This document shows positions 13,190 through 25,486 of a DNA stretch of 64,000 bases, piece after piece. How positions within the stretch are numbered: position 1 is the first letter of the stretch; each line of letters opens with the position of its first letter. Position numbers and translations under genes: made by a program. Under the pieces are notes generated by a model. That model was not told the DNA's origin. It searched no databases and was given only the letters and a program-made list of their open reading frames with translations. Source of the stretch: Eledone cirrhosa (lineage: Eukaryota). Location of the stretch: the NCBI GenBank assembly GCA_964016885.1, contig OZ024762.1:27962001-28026000 (forward strand), written 5' to 3'.

Positions 13190-13631
13190 GTGTGTGTGTA
13201 TAAACCTCATGCATTTCTACAGTATTTTCACCAAACTTAAGACATGGGTTACTTATGTACTCTGGATGGTCATGGGCACTTGCATTTTTCCAGATATTGA
13301 TTATAGGGCCTCCCGGCAGATAACCCCCTTCAACCGCTTCCTTAGAGTCGACTGCAGCATTTCAGTGCAATGCAACAAAATGTCATAACTTCTGAAGTTC
13401 GCAACCAATTTTCACAAAACTTGACACATGGGCTACGTTTGTTCTACAGATGAATGTGAACTCTCAGAATTGGCACATATTGAGTAGGGGACCCCTGGGG
13501 GAAGGAACCCCCTTTTGGAAAAAGCCAATGATTTTGTAAAAGTATAGTTTTCGAAGCAGCACTGAAGTATTGACATAAATGGTATACATAACTGCTATTT
13601 AATACCCGAGCAACGCCGGGTACCCCTGCTA

Positions 13632-13632
<1 letters not shown>
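13190..13632 (+). mobile_element. Non-autonomous Helitron-like element (5' boundary uncertain)
   Basis: 3' end CCCGAGCAACGCCGGG hairpin followed by CTAG|T. Confidence 0.65.
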
Positions 13633-13667
<35 letters not shown>

Positions 13668-13705
13668 AATGTACAAAGTCAAATTTTCTGTTTTTTAGCA
13701 CTGAG

Positions 13706-13739
<34 letters not shown>

Positions 13740-13864
13740 GTTTAACGTCCATCTTCCACGCTTGCATGGGTTTGGACGGGAATTTTCCCACTTGAGGCAA
13801 GATTTGGTTGTCTTGCTCGTATAGGACTGTCTGGCGGGTTTTCTACGGTTGGATCATCATCATC

Positions 13865-14198
13865 GTCATTTCATTTTACGTCCGCTTTTTCCCTGCTTGC
13901 AAGGGTGGGACGGAAACTGATTCTGGCTTGATTTCTACAGCTGGATGCCCTTCCTAACACCAACCTCATTTACAGTGAGTGCTGAGTGCTTTTTTGCCGT
14001 GGCACCTCCACGACCACTTTGCAGTGGAATGATATGGACCCCAGTCCCTATCATCTCATTTCTACAGCTGAGTAAACTGGAGCAATGTGAAATAAAGTGT
14101 CTTGCTCAAGGAAACAACACATCACCCGGTCTAAGAATTGAACTCACAACCTTTCGATTGCAAGGTCAATGCTCTAACCACTAAGCCATGTGCCTCCA
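13865..14198 (-). mobile_element. tRNA-derived SINE family B with CORE-like centre and RTE-derived 3' tail (copies 39470-39810 -, ~43345-43785 -, 43808-44110 +)
   Basis: Head TGGCTTAGTGGTTAG...GTGAGTTCAATTC, centre TCCTTGAGCAAGACACTT, tail matching the RTE 3' UTR at 2620-2790. Confidence 0.8.
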
Positions 14199-14972
14199 TG
14201 GATGCCCTTCCTAACACCAACCACGTTTACAGTGTGGACTGGGAGGTTTTTACCGTGTTACTTACACAGCCACATTACAGTGTGGACTGTGTAAGTTTAT
14301 TTAGGACTGGATGTTGTGGCACCAACATAACTTTACAGAGAAAGGGGGGGGGGCTGTGGATGGGGGGGGGTAGTGGGACGGGGGTGTATTTTTGTTAGAG
14401 GTGCCTACTGACTGTAGGTTTCACTTTGTACTTAGGCGAGGCAGGTCTTCTGTATTACTGCGTAGTGCCAAAGATCTCAGTCCAGTGACATTGTCTTGGA
14501 GAGGTGTAAGTGTGTAAGGTCGGACTTTATCAAATCGTCCCAGATTTTTCTGGATCTGCCTACATATAACTTCTTCACTTATAATTATTTGCTTTCGTAT
14601 TTGAAATCAAATTACTTTATACTATATGTATGTATATATATATATATATGTGTGTGTGTATGTATGTGTGTGTGTGTAAATATATATATATATATATATA
14701 ATATATGTGTGTGTGTGTGTGTATATATATATGTGTGTGTGTATATATATATGTATGTATGTGTATATATATAGATATATGTATGTATGTGTATATATAT
14801 ATATATATGTATGTGTATATATATATGTATGTATGTGTGTGTATATGTGTGTGTGTGTGTGTAACAAAATTGGCAACAGATACAAGACCTCTGTGATCAT
14901 CAGCTGTTGAAATGGACATTCACAATTTCAACAATTACCAACAGTGTGTATATATATGTGTGTATGTGTGCC

Positions 14973-15007
<35 letters not shown>

Positions 15008-15437
15008 CTATATATGTGTCTGTATCTATGTATGTGTGTATGTGCAGGTTGTACACATCTGATATCACAGAATGGTGCCATCTTCTTTATATAGGTTTAC
15101 AGCCAGTGGCTGAGGCAATTCTATGGCTTAGCACTTGTTTGGAATATTGGCTGGAATGCAAGGTTTGTTTATACCTATTTACACCTGTCTGTTGAAAGCC
15201 CACAAGCCAGATAGTGTTAGAAGGTACCAGAATCTATGTTTCAGTCATCAGTCAATTATGAAAGGGGATATATTAGCTTTCTTGGAACAGCATCAAATGG
15301 TATGTAACAGCATCTACAGCATCTACATCTCTTATACAACACACACACTGATATAGAAAAATAGCGTATAATCAAATTTGATTATACGCTATTTTTCTAT
15401 ATAAGTCTTGCCTCGAGTGAATTATTTTCATATCTAT

Positions 15438-15548
15438 GTACTCTGATGTGTTGACCAGAGGTAAACAATGTATTGGAGATCGAATGACGCAACCTCAGGC
15501 GATTACCAAACTCTAGACACACCTGATCAACGAAACAATTGTCAGTAC
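15438..15548 (+). ncRNA. Type I hammerhead-like motif with long stem II (A9U variant)
   Basis: GTACT-CTGATGT-GTTGACCAG...64 nt...CTGATCAAC-GAAA-CAATTG-TC-AGTAC, followed by AATAAA and (TA)n. Confidence 0.7.
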
Positions 15549-15611
15549 TTTAAATAAAGCCCTTATTGTACAGCCAACCATTTTACTCTTCTTTCTTTAA
15601 CTATATATATA

Positions 15612-15687
<76 letters not shown>

Positions 15688-16081
15688 TATAAATGAGGTT
15701 GGCATTAGGAAGGGTATCTAGCTGTAGAGACCAAGCCAATATCAGTTCTGTATGAGCTATAAGATATATGATTAATATAGTGTAATGTAAATGCTTCTTC
15801 TCCTTCTCTTCTATGCCCACTTATTCCTTAGAGGGTCGTGGGGGCAGAGTCCTCAAACACTCCTTCCAGCGGGTCCTGATCTGGCTGGAAATGGCTGACA
15901 GATATTAAAGCATCATCATCATCATCATCATCACAGTTTTATGTCCATTCTTCCACGCTAGCATGGGTTAGACGAGTTGTCCTGTTGTGGGCAATGCTAG
16001 GTCAGGTGACCATGCTTTGCTTATACAGAACTGATTATGGCTTGGTTTCTAAAATCAGTTCTGTATCAGCAAAGCATGGTC

Positions 16082-16540
16082 CTTAGCAATATGAAATTAA
16101 CCCCCTAATTGGTTTTTATCTTCACGACCCCCTTCAAAGGTGTACATATATTAAAGCAATATGAAATTAACCCCCTAAATGGCTGCTATCTTCACGACCC
16201 CTTCACAGGTTTACACATATTAAACCATTAACACCATGAAGTTAACCCCCTAAATAGCTGCTATCTTAACAACCCCCTTCACAGGTGAACAGATATTATA
16301 GCAATCCTTAGCAATATGAAATTAACCCCTTAAATAGCTTCTATCTTTATGACCCCCTTCACAGGTGTCCAGACATTAAACCATATGAAGTTAACCCTCT
16401 AAATGGCTTTTATCTTTACCACCCCCTTCACAGATGAACAGATATTAAAGCAATCCTTAACAATATGAAATTAACCCCCTAAATAGCTTCTACCTTCACA
16501 ACCCCCTTCACAGGTGAACAAGTATTAAAGAAATCCTTAT
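16082..16540. repeat. Degenerate minisatellite, ~59-69 bp unit, about 7 copies
   Basis: Recurring ATGAAATTAACCCCCTAAATAGCT...ACCCCCTTCACAGGTGAACAGATATTAAA. Confidence 0.85.
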
Positions 16541-16854
16541 GGAACATGTAAATGCTAAAGGTTTAAAACAATTTAAAGATGGCTTTAAATATGTATAATT
16601 GAACAAGCTCATGTGTTGGAAAAATGTAATGTTAGACATTTGCTTTTGTAATTGTATGAGTGTTTACAGAATTAATCATAGATTTATAAAAAGGGGCTAT
16701 CTGTTAAGTGACGTAAGAAATGTCTTGGTTGCAGATAACATATGTATAAAACAGATGGAAGTTCATTTAAATAGATATTTGGCATAAATGAACGTGAAAA
16801 ATAAACGTTGAGAAACATTTCATTTGGTGGGTATATATATATATATACACACAC

Positions 16855-16890
<36 letters not shown>

Positions 16891-17118
16891 TTTTACACAC
16901 ACACATATATATATATATGTGTGTGTGTGTGTATATAACCAAAACACAGCCACTGTATCTGCTATTTACTAAATGTATGCACTCTGAAAAGCTGATTGAA
17001 GCTGTATTACTACAATTTGGAAGATTCATTGAGTGAGCTAGACATTGGCTGGAGAACTTTGACTTAATACCAATGATCTTCACTCCTTGTACACACACAC
17101 ACACACACATACACACAC

Positions 17119-17151
<33 letters not shown>

Positions 17152-17274
17152 GGAGACGAAGCAAGTCAAATCGCATGAACATATCTTCGGTTATTGTGTA
17201 TATATATATATGTGTGTGTGTATATAAATCAGAAGGGTGTAGACATTACAATACAATGGAAGGAAACATAATAG

Positions 17275-17500
17275 TACCACTAATGATGTCACGGGTGTGT
17301 GATGAAAGAACTTTGATAGACTATATATATATTTATATCTGTATTTTTAACAGTCAGTCAATGAATGATAAACATTGATTGCCAAATAAATTAACTATGG
17401 AGATATAATAGATACAGAAGTGAAAACCAAACAGTGAGTGTGTTCTCTTATTATTTCTGGTAATATTATAACAATATGACCCTCCCCAAATATAAAAATA
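17275..17500 (+). mobile_element. Decayed solo 3' terminal remnant of the PLE family at 6355-9131
   Basis: CTAATGATGTCACGGGTGTGTGATGAAAGAACTTTGA resembles the HHR at 8953; ATGACCCTCCCCAAATATAA resembles 9108-9128. Confidence 0.6.
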
Positions 17501-17686
17501 AATCAGAATGGATGCAGTAAAAACCAGTTAGACCATTACTCATCAGAGTACTCAATACTTGGGGTAGTAGAATGGGTAATATGAAGGATTCGGGACCCGA
17601 CGGCTGAGCTCCTGCTGTTTCAACAGTTAGATCAGGTGCTCAGCTGCCAGGGTCCCGAATTCTTCACATATATATGTGTATATGTA

Positions 17687-17755
<69 letters not shown>

Positions 17756-18553
17756 ATGTGTATATATATATATATATAAATGTAAAAGGTAAACAGAAAT
17801 AACACCACAATTGGTACAGTATATGGAAGGAATATATTAGGTTAACACTTGAAATAGCAGGAAGAGGGTCTTAGCGTTTCCGATGCTAGTCCTTCATCAG
17901 AAGAAAGAATGAGAAATAATATAGATTGAGGGGACGGGCTGGGTGGAATTGGAAAAAAATGTCTTTAGATAAAAATAATAGGTCCATTCATGTTGACATG
18001 TATATACATATATAGTTGCGTGCACGCATGTCTCTGTATGTATATGTGTATATATATATGTGTGTATGTATGTATATGTGTATATACATGTGTGTGTGAG
18101 TGTCTATGTATCTATATGTATATATATAAATGCGTGAGTGTGTGTATTATGAGACAATGTTTTACAGTCAGATGCCCTTCCTGTTGTTAACCATTTTAGT
18201 TGCTGCATTTTAGTGATGATGATGATGATGATGGTTGTGATGATGACGTTGCTGATGATGATGGCTGTTTATGATGATGATGATAGTGGTGATGACAAAG
18301 ATGATGGTGATGATAGAGGTGGGGATGATGATGATAGAGGTGGTGATGATGATGATGACGATGATAGCAATGGTGGCCTTTCTTCAGTTTCATACCAGTT
18401 GATTATTAAAACACTCTCAAGTAATTAATTTCTCAACTTTAAGTAACAATTATTCCTGGAATGTCAGCACTTTGGGATCGAGAGAAGAATTTGGAACATA
18501 TTTCACATTTCTTTTCTTCCTATTCTTCTGTGATGTTTGTATTTGTATGTGTG

Positions 18554-18613
<60 letters not shown>

Positions 18614-18794
18614 CCATCACCACCGCCACCACCACCACCACTACCGCCGTTTAACGTCCATTTTCTCCACGCTAGGATGGGTTAGACGAGTTGTCCTGTG
18701 GTGAGCAATGCTAGGTCAGGTGACCGTGTCTTGCTCATACAGAACTGATTTTGTCTTGGTTTCTAAAGCTGTATGCCCTATCTAATGCCAACCT

Positions 18795-19155
18795 CATTTA
18801 CAGTGAGTACTGGGTGCTTTTGTTGTGACACCAACACAACCACCTTACAGTGAGTACTGGGCATATTTTATCATGTAACCTACACGACCACTTTACATTG
18901 TGGACTGGGTGCTTTTTGTTGTAACACCTACGCAACAATTTTACAGTGTGGGCTGGGGGATTTTTGTCGTGACACCTATACAACCACTTTACAGTGTAGG
19001 CTGGGTGCTTTTTGCTGTGACACCTAAAGTACATGACCACTTTACAGTGTAGGCTGGTTGCTTTTTGCTGTGACACCTACACGACCACTTTGTAGTGAGT
19101 ACTGGGTGCTTTTTGCTGTGATGCCTACACGACCCCTTTACAATGTGGACTGGAG
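18795..19155 (-). repeat. ~40-bp tandem array amplified from the RTE/SINE 3' UTR (same unit on + at 21350-21700)
   Basis: Unit AAAAAGCACCCAGCCCACACTGTAAAGTGGTCGTGTAGGTGTCAC, present as 2-3 copies in the LINE tail at 2620-2725. Confidence 0.85.
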
Positions 19156-20240
19156 ACTTCACTGAATGTATATGTCTGTGTGTGAATGTATGTATTTGTA
19201 CATGTGTATGTGTGTATATGTATGTGTATATATGTATGTATGTGTAAGTGTGAGGACTTTGGGATTGAGAGAAGAATTTGGAACATATTTCACATTTCTT
19301 CTCTCTAATCTTCTATGTGTGTGTATGTATGTATTTATATGCATGTGTGTATGTACTTGTATATGTATGTGTGTATATGTATGTGTCTGTGTATTTGTAT
19401 GTATGTAAAGGTATGTATATGTATTTGTATATGTATGTATTTGTATGTGTGTGGGTATATGTGTATGTGCTAGTGTGTATGGATATATATATGTGTATGT
19501 GTCTCTCTATATCTGTCAGCGTGTATGTGTGTATATATATATGTGTCTCTTTGTATGTGTATGTGTCAATATGTATGTGTGTATCTGTCAGTATATGTGT
19601 GTATATGCATGTGTATGTGTCAATGTGTATGTATATGTGTGCATATGTATGTGTGTCTCTGTTTATGTGTCAGTGTGTATATGTATGTGTATTTGTGTAT
19701 GTGTCAATGTGTATGTCGGTGTGTGTGTGTGTGTGTATGAGTCTCAAAGATGTGGAAGCGTTACAACAACAACACTGTTAATAAAAATATCATGAAACAC
19801 AATAGTGCTAATTATAATTAATAATAATAACTAGTAGTAATAATAATTAGTAAAATAATTGTTTCTACTGTTGGCACAAGGTCAGCAATTATCCCAGTGC
19901 ATTACTGGTACTTTATTTTATTAGTAAAATAATGATTTCTAGTATAGGCACACGGCCAGTAATTTGGGGGAGGGGGAAAGTCGATTAAATCGACCCCAGT
20001 ACATTACTAGTACTTTATTTTATCGACCCTGCAAGGATGAAAGGCAAAGCTAACCTCGGCAGTATTTGAACTCAGACCATAAAGGGCTATAACTCTATGC
20101 TGCAAAGCCTGGTGTCCAACGCTCTACTGATTCTGTTAATCCAACACCCTTATAATAATCATAATAAACCCCACAATGTCTACAGACAAAATCCCTCTGA
20201 GGTTGAAAAGTCTGCAGCTGAAACGAGCTCTTCTCCAAAT

Positions 20241-20417
20241 ATGGACTTGAAAGGTCACTTGAATGAGAATAACTTCAACCCAAGCCCTTCAGCACCACAA
20301 GAAAGACAAAATCTCAACATACTAAATGGACTTAAGAAGAGCATAAAGAAGTGTTGTATGCATTCTATCACTCGTTGGGAAAACCATTGGAATGAAAACA
20401 CAGTAAATTCTTTTAGG
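20241..20417 (+). CDS. Candidate upstream coding exon of the SET-domain gene
   Basis: Non-repetitive island with in-frame ATG and phase-0 donor AGG|GTATGA. Joining to 21783 gives ...NSFR-YIKQNIPG, an FxY motif as in pre-SET regions. Confidence 0.35.
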
Positions 20418-20464
20418 GTATGAAGAGAAAGAAATCCAGAAAGTACTTATACTGTGATATAGTG

Positions 20465-21272
20465 AACCGTGTACACTCTGTAAAGTGGTTGGTGATAGGA
20501 AGGGCATCCATCTTTAGAAACCTTGTCAAATAAAGAGTAGTAAAGATTCTTCAGATATGCCAAAGAAATGACAACCTCCCCAGTGTTTGTGCCATAATCA
20601 AATACACTCAGTACACTCTGTAAAGTGGTTGTTGATAGGAAGGGCATCCAGCCATAGACAAATAAGAAATAGTTGTTTCTACTTTTGGCACAAGGCCAGC
20701 AATTATCTCAGTGTATTACTGGTACTTTATTTTATCGACCCCGTGAAGATGAAAGGCAAAGTTAACCTCGGCAGGATTTGAACTCAGAATGGCAAGGGCC
20801 GTAACTCTATGCATCAAAGCATGGCGTCCGACCCTCTACCGATACTGCCAATCCACCGCCAAATAAGAAATAGTGAAGATTCTACAGTGATGCCGATGAA
20901 ATGAGACTTCCCATTGTTTGTGCCATGATAAAATGCACTCAGTACACTCTGTAAAGTGGTTGACATTAGGAAGAACATCCAGCTATAGAGACCATGCCAA
21001 ATAAAAAAAATAGAGAGGGCTCTTCAGGCATATCAAAGAAATGACAATCTCCCTGGTACTAGTGCCATGATAACATAAACCCAGGACACTCTGTAATGTA
21101 GTTGGTGATAGGAAGGGCATCCAGCTGTAGGAACCATGCCAAACTAAAAATAGTGAAGCTTCTTCAGTCATACCAAAGAAATGACAACCTCTCTAGTGCT
21201 AGGGCAAAAATAAAATGTACTCAATACATTCTTTAAAGTGGTTGGCATTAGGAAGAACATCCAGCTATAGAA
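20465..21272 (+). repeat. ~120-140 bp degenerate tandem units related to the RTE tail, interrupted by SINE A at ~20674-20859
   Basis: Repeated CACTCTGTAAAGTGGTTGG..TAGGAAGGGCATCCAGC...AAAGAAATGACAAC. The SINE is flanked by the duplication CAAATAAGAAATAGT. Confidence 0.75.
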
Positions 21273-21782
21273 AGGAAAGGGAAATTATATATACACAAAC
21301 CTCTCCATAAAGAGATTACCCCTGGAGCTACGACAAAAGAGCCCAGCCTACACAATTTAGTGGTCATGTAGGTGTCATAACAAAAGCACCCAGCCCACAC
21401 TGTAAAGTGGTTGTGTAGGTGTCATGACAAAAGCACCCACCCCACACTATAAAGTGGTCGTTTAGGTGTCACGACAAAAAGCACCCAGCCCACACTCTAA
21501 AGGGGTCATGTAGGCATCACAACAAAAAGCACCCAGTACTCACTATAAAGTGGTTTGTGTAGGCAGCACAACAAAAAGTACCCAGCCAACACTGTAAAGT
21601 GGTTGTGTAGGTGTCATGACAAAAGCACCCAGCCCACACTGTAAAGGGGTCATGTAGGCATCACAGCAAAAAGCCCCCAGTACTCACTGTAAATGAGGTT
21701 GGTACCAGAAAGGGCATATACACAAATTGACATGTATGTACAAATTTAAATTTAAAAAGAGACCCTTTTTTTTATTTTTCAG

Positions 21783-22769
21783 TATATAAAACAGAATATT
21801 CCTGGAAAAGGATGCCAAATGGAAGACTTTGAGACCAAATTTAGGGGCTGCACATGTAAAAAGGCTACATGTGGGCCCAACAGCTGTTCCTGTATACAGA
21901 TGTTTGGTGGAGCAGCATACACAGAAGACCAACAAATCCAGCAACACTATTTTCCTACTGTGATGTCTCCTAGTTCAGAACTGACCTCTCCCATTTACGA
22001 ATGCCATCTAGATTGTTCCTGCTGTTCCAGTTTGAACTGCCCCAACCGATTAGTTCAATATGGCATTCGCTTCAAAACAGAAGTTTTTTCTACCTCATCA
22101 GACAAAGGATTTGGTCTGCGGACATTAGAATTCATACCCCGAGGTTCCTTCATTAGCGAATATGCAGGGGAGGTAATAAGCAGCAAAGAAGCTAAACAAC
22201 GTACCAGTTTGATCGACTTGAATACCGACATGAACTACATTCTCGTTTTGAAAGAACATTACGGAAAGAAACTCCTCCGGACTTGTGTTGATCCAACTTG
22301 TTTTGGTAACATTAGCAGGTTTATGAACCATTCTTGTGAACCAAACTTATGGATGACAGCAGTGAGGGTCTCAAATGCTGTACCAAAGTTATGTCTCTTT
22401 GCCCTGCGGGATATAAACTCCAGGGAAGAACTCTCATTCCATTATGGCGGTCTTGGGACAAACTTTGATAAACAAAACACTCATACTGGAAACAAAAGTG
22501 ATACTAGTAGTAGTAGTTGTAGTACTATTACTACTTCTACTATTACTACTACTACTACTGCTGCTGCTAGTAGTAGTAGAAGTAGCAACAATACTAGAAG
22601 TAGTAGTTGTGGTGGTGATGGTACTAGTAGTAGCAGTACTACTAGTAGTAATACTACTATTACTGCTACCACTACTACTAGTAGTAGTATTAGTAAATTG
22701 AAACTCTGCAAATGTGGTGCTGCCACCTGTACCAATTATCTGCCATTTGATGAAACACTATTTCACTGA
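21783..22769 (+). CDS. SETMAR: Terminal coding exon of a SETMAR-type (SUV39 family) histone-lysine methyltransferase: pre-SET, SET, post-SET; no transposase fusion
   Basis: Acceptor TTTTTTATTTTTCAG| phase 0. GCTC..C....CSC, IYECHLDCSC....CPNRLVQYG, KGFGLRTLEFIPRGSFISEYAGEVI, GNISRFMNHSCEPNL, EELSFHYG, CKCGAATCTNYLPFD*. AATAAA at ~22968. Confidence 0.85.
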   Translation, partial: YIKQNIPGKGCQMEDFETKFRGCTCKKATCGPNSCSCIQMFGGAAYTEDQQIQQHYFPTVMSPSSELTSPIYECHLDCSCCSSLNCPNRLVQYGIRFKTEVFSTSSDKGFGLRTLEFIPRGSFISEYAGEVISSKEAKQRTSLIDLNTDMNYILVLKEHYGKKLLRTCVDPTCFGNISRFMNHSCEPNLWMTAVRVSNAVPKLCLFALRDINSREELSFHYGGLGTNFDKQNTHTGNKSDTSSSSCSTITTSTITTTTTAAASSSRSSNNTRSSSCGGDGTSSSSTTSSNTTITATTTTSSSISKLKLCKCGAATCTNYLPFDETLFH

Positions 22770-23789
22770 GGTTAACCTTTTTCTTCTTTTTCTTTTTTTT
22801 CTTTTTCTTCTTTTTCTTTTTTTTTCTTTTTCTTCTTTTTCTTTTTTTTTCTTTTTCTTCTTTTTCTTCTTTTTTTGCAGATGTAATTGTTTTCCTTTCA
22901 TTTTTTTTCTTTTTTTTCATTTTTCCTCCACTGTTTGTTTATGTCCTGTAACTCAATGTATTGACAAAATAAATACCAGGCTTGTACTGGGGTCATCATG
23001 ACTAAATCTTTTCAAGGCAATGGATGTAGTCAAATAATCATAACAAGTAAAAAAAAAGCCCTTAAAACACTCAAGTAAAAAGGCTCAGCTACCAGTTCTA
23101 TCGACACTATTGTCTTTTAGTTTTGTATTGGTTTTACATTTGAAAAGAGGATTTTAGCCCTGAAATATCACATTGAAATATACTGGGTAAAACATTACTT
23201 TGTTTTGTTTTATTTGTCATTCTTTGCCCTTTATATATTTCTATGGCATTCTACCGGCTTTCTGAAATGTATCAGTCATTAGACTGTGGCCATGCTGGGG
23301 CACCACATTGATTTAATTGGCCAGTCATGTTAAAATGTTTTTAATTGTACATCCTCTGTTTATTTAAAACCGCTTCTCTTCTTTATAATACAGACACTCC
23401 GGTTGATACCTTATCGATAACATTCTAAGGAATACAAATTGTAGACTGCTTTACATCTGTTTGCAACAAAAGTTGGTGAATTATCTGATCAACCAACTTT
23501 CCTAAATTGTAAAGTGGTCGTGTAGGAGACATGATAAAAAGGACCCAGACCACACTGTAAAGTGGTCGTGTAGGAGATATGGTAAAAAGGCTCCCAGTCC
23601 ACACTGTAAATGCAGTTGGTGTTAGGAAGGGTATCCAGCCATAGAAAACCTGTCAGAAACAGTTCTGTACAAACAAGACACGGTCTGCAACCAAAATTGC
23701 CTCAAGTCGGACAAAACCGACCAAACCATGCTAGTGTGGAAGATGGACGTTAAACGATGATGATGATGATATATTTATATAGATAGATA

Positions 23790-24205
23790 CAGTTGTCCCC
23801 AGATATTCATGGGGCTTACATTCCTAGAGCACCTGCAAAGAGTGAAAAACTGTGACTATTGGATGTGGTCCATAAAAATGCCTATAAATATCAAAATATA
23901 ATGTAAAATATAATTAAAGAAGAGGGAGCATCTTATGCGAAGGGCAGCCAATAGGGCGGCAAATATGGTTTATTGTTATTAATAATTTAGTGTTAAAAAA
24001 AATATATATTGCCACAAAAAAAAGGCATAAAAAATCATGGAAGATATTTACGATTTCGCTAATATGCAGTGGCTTCCATGAAGAATTATTAGTTAGCCAT
24101 GCTAGCATGGAAGAACGGACGTAAAACGATGATGATGATGATGCTGATGATGTTCTAAGGAAAATTCTACAAATAACTGGGACCGCGAAAGCTGGCGGTA
24201 CAGTG
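23790..24205. mobile_element. Tigger/pogo-like MITE with a small RTE-tail insertion (second copy 44875-45224)
   Basis: TA|CAGTTGTCCCC start, degenerate ...TACAGTG|TA end; internal sequence alignable between the two copies. Confidence 0.6.
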
Positions 24206-24481
24206 TATATAAAACTGGCTGCTACAGTTTCATCAACTGAATTCCACATGTGAAGCATTGGTCAACCTGTGGCTATAATAGAAGACACTTAACTAAAGTG
24301 TTGCACAGTAGGACAGAACTCCCAGCCCTGTGGTTGTCAGACAACCACACAGCCATGTCTGTCAAATAGATTCAACACTGATTTATTCTTTATTTCTTTT
24401 TGTCTTTTGTTTGTTTGTTTGTAATTTTTTCTTTTTGTTTATATTATTTATTCTAATTTTAAGTTCCATTAATTTTACTTC

Positions 24482-24790
24482 TGATGATGAGTGTGGGGGA
24501 GTAATCAGTGAGGGTGAGGAGGGGGGATTGATCAGTGAGGGTGGGGAGTGATTTCTGAGGAAAGCAAGGAGGAGAATGACTAGTGAGGGTGTAAGAGTGA
24601 TTGGTGGGGAGGGTGGGGGAGTGATTGGTGATGAAGGTGGGGAAGTGATTGGCAGTGAGGGAATGAAGGAAAGGCATTGATCAGTGAGGGTGGGGATTGA
24701 TGAGTGAGGGTGGAGAAGTGATTGGTGGTGAGGTGATGAGGGTGGGAAGTGATGAGGGTGGGGGAATGATCAGTAAGGGTGAGGGAGTGT
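24482..24790. repeat. G-rich degenerate ~20-bp tandem repeat
   Basis: Recurring GTGATTGGTGAGGGTGGGGA-like units. Confidence 0.7.
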
Positions 24791-25256
24791 TCTCTCAGAA
24801 GAGGGAAAGCAAGGGTGGAAGTTGGGAAGAGAGATCTGGGTGGGTGAAGGGCTGCAGGACAGACAGACAGAGCTTTCCTCTCATGAGGGTTAACATTCTC
24901 CCCTTACACTCTCCCCACACACATAGAGGCAGAGGCGGGGAGGGGGGCCCCTACCCTTGCTAAATAAACAAGACACAACATAACACTGAACAGAAAAATA
25001 AATAAGCCAGGGAGACAGCAGGGTATAAATAAAAATATACTGTGGAGGGACCCCTTTCTTCTGACTGGAGATTAGGGAGTTGGAGACATAGAGGTGGTTG
25101 TTGTTGTTGTTGTTGTTGTTGTTGGTGTTGTTAGTGGTGGTGGTGGTGGTGGTTGTGGTGGAACTTAAGGTCACTAAATTTGAACCAAGCCTAATTCATA
25201 CACACACACACACACAGACACACACATATATGTGTGTATATATATATATGTGTGTG

Positions 25257-25337
<81 letters not shown>

Positions 25338-25486
25338 TTGTATGTGTCTGTATGTACATGTGTGTATGTATGATGTTCATGTGTGTGTGTGTGTGTATAT
25401 TTTAGCTCCCTTCTGTTTATTTTTCCAACATCATTTCCAAGTCTTCTATGATATTTCTACTAAGACACTGCTCTCTCTGTTACAAC

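Noticed and set aside
897-19795. Many poly-YI, poly-CV and poly-M ORFs
   Set aside because: Artefacts of (TA)n, (TG)n and (ATG)n microsatellites.
22770-25486. Mariner transposase exon fused to the SET gene
   Set aside because: The SET frame ends in TGA with a downstream AATAAA; no transposase ORF follows, only a non-coding MITE.
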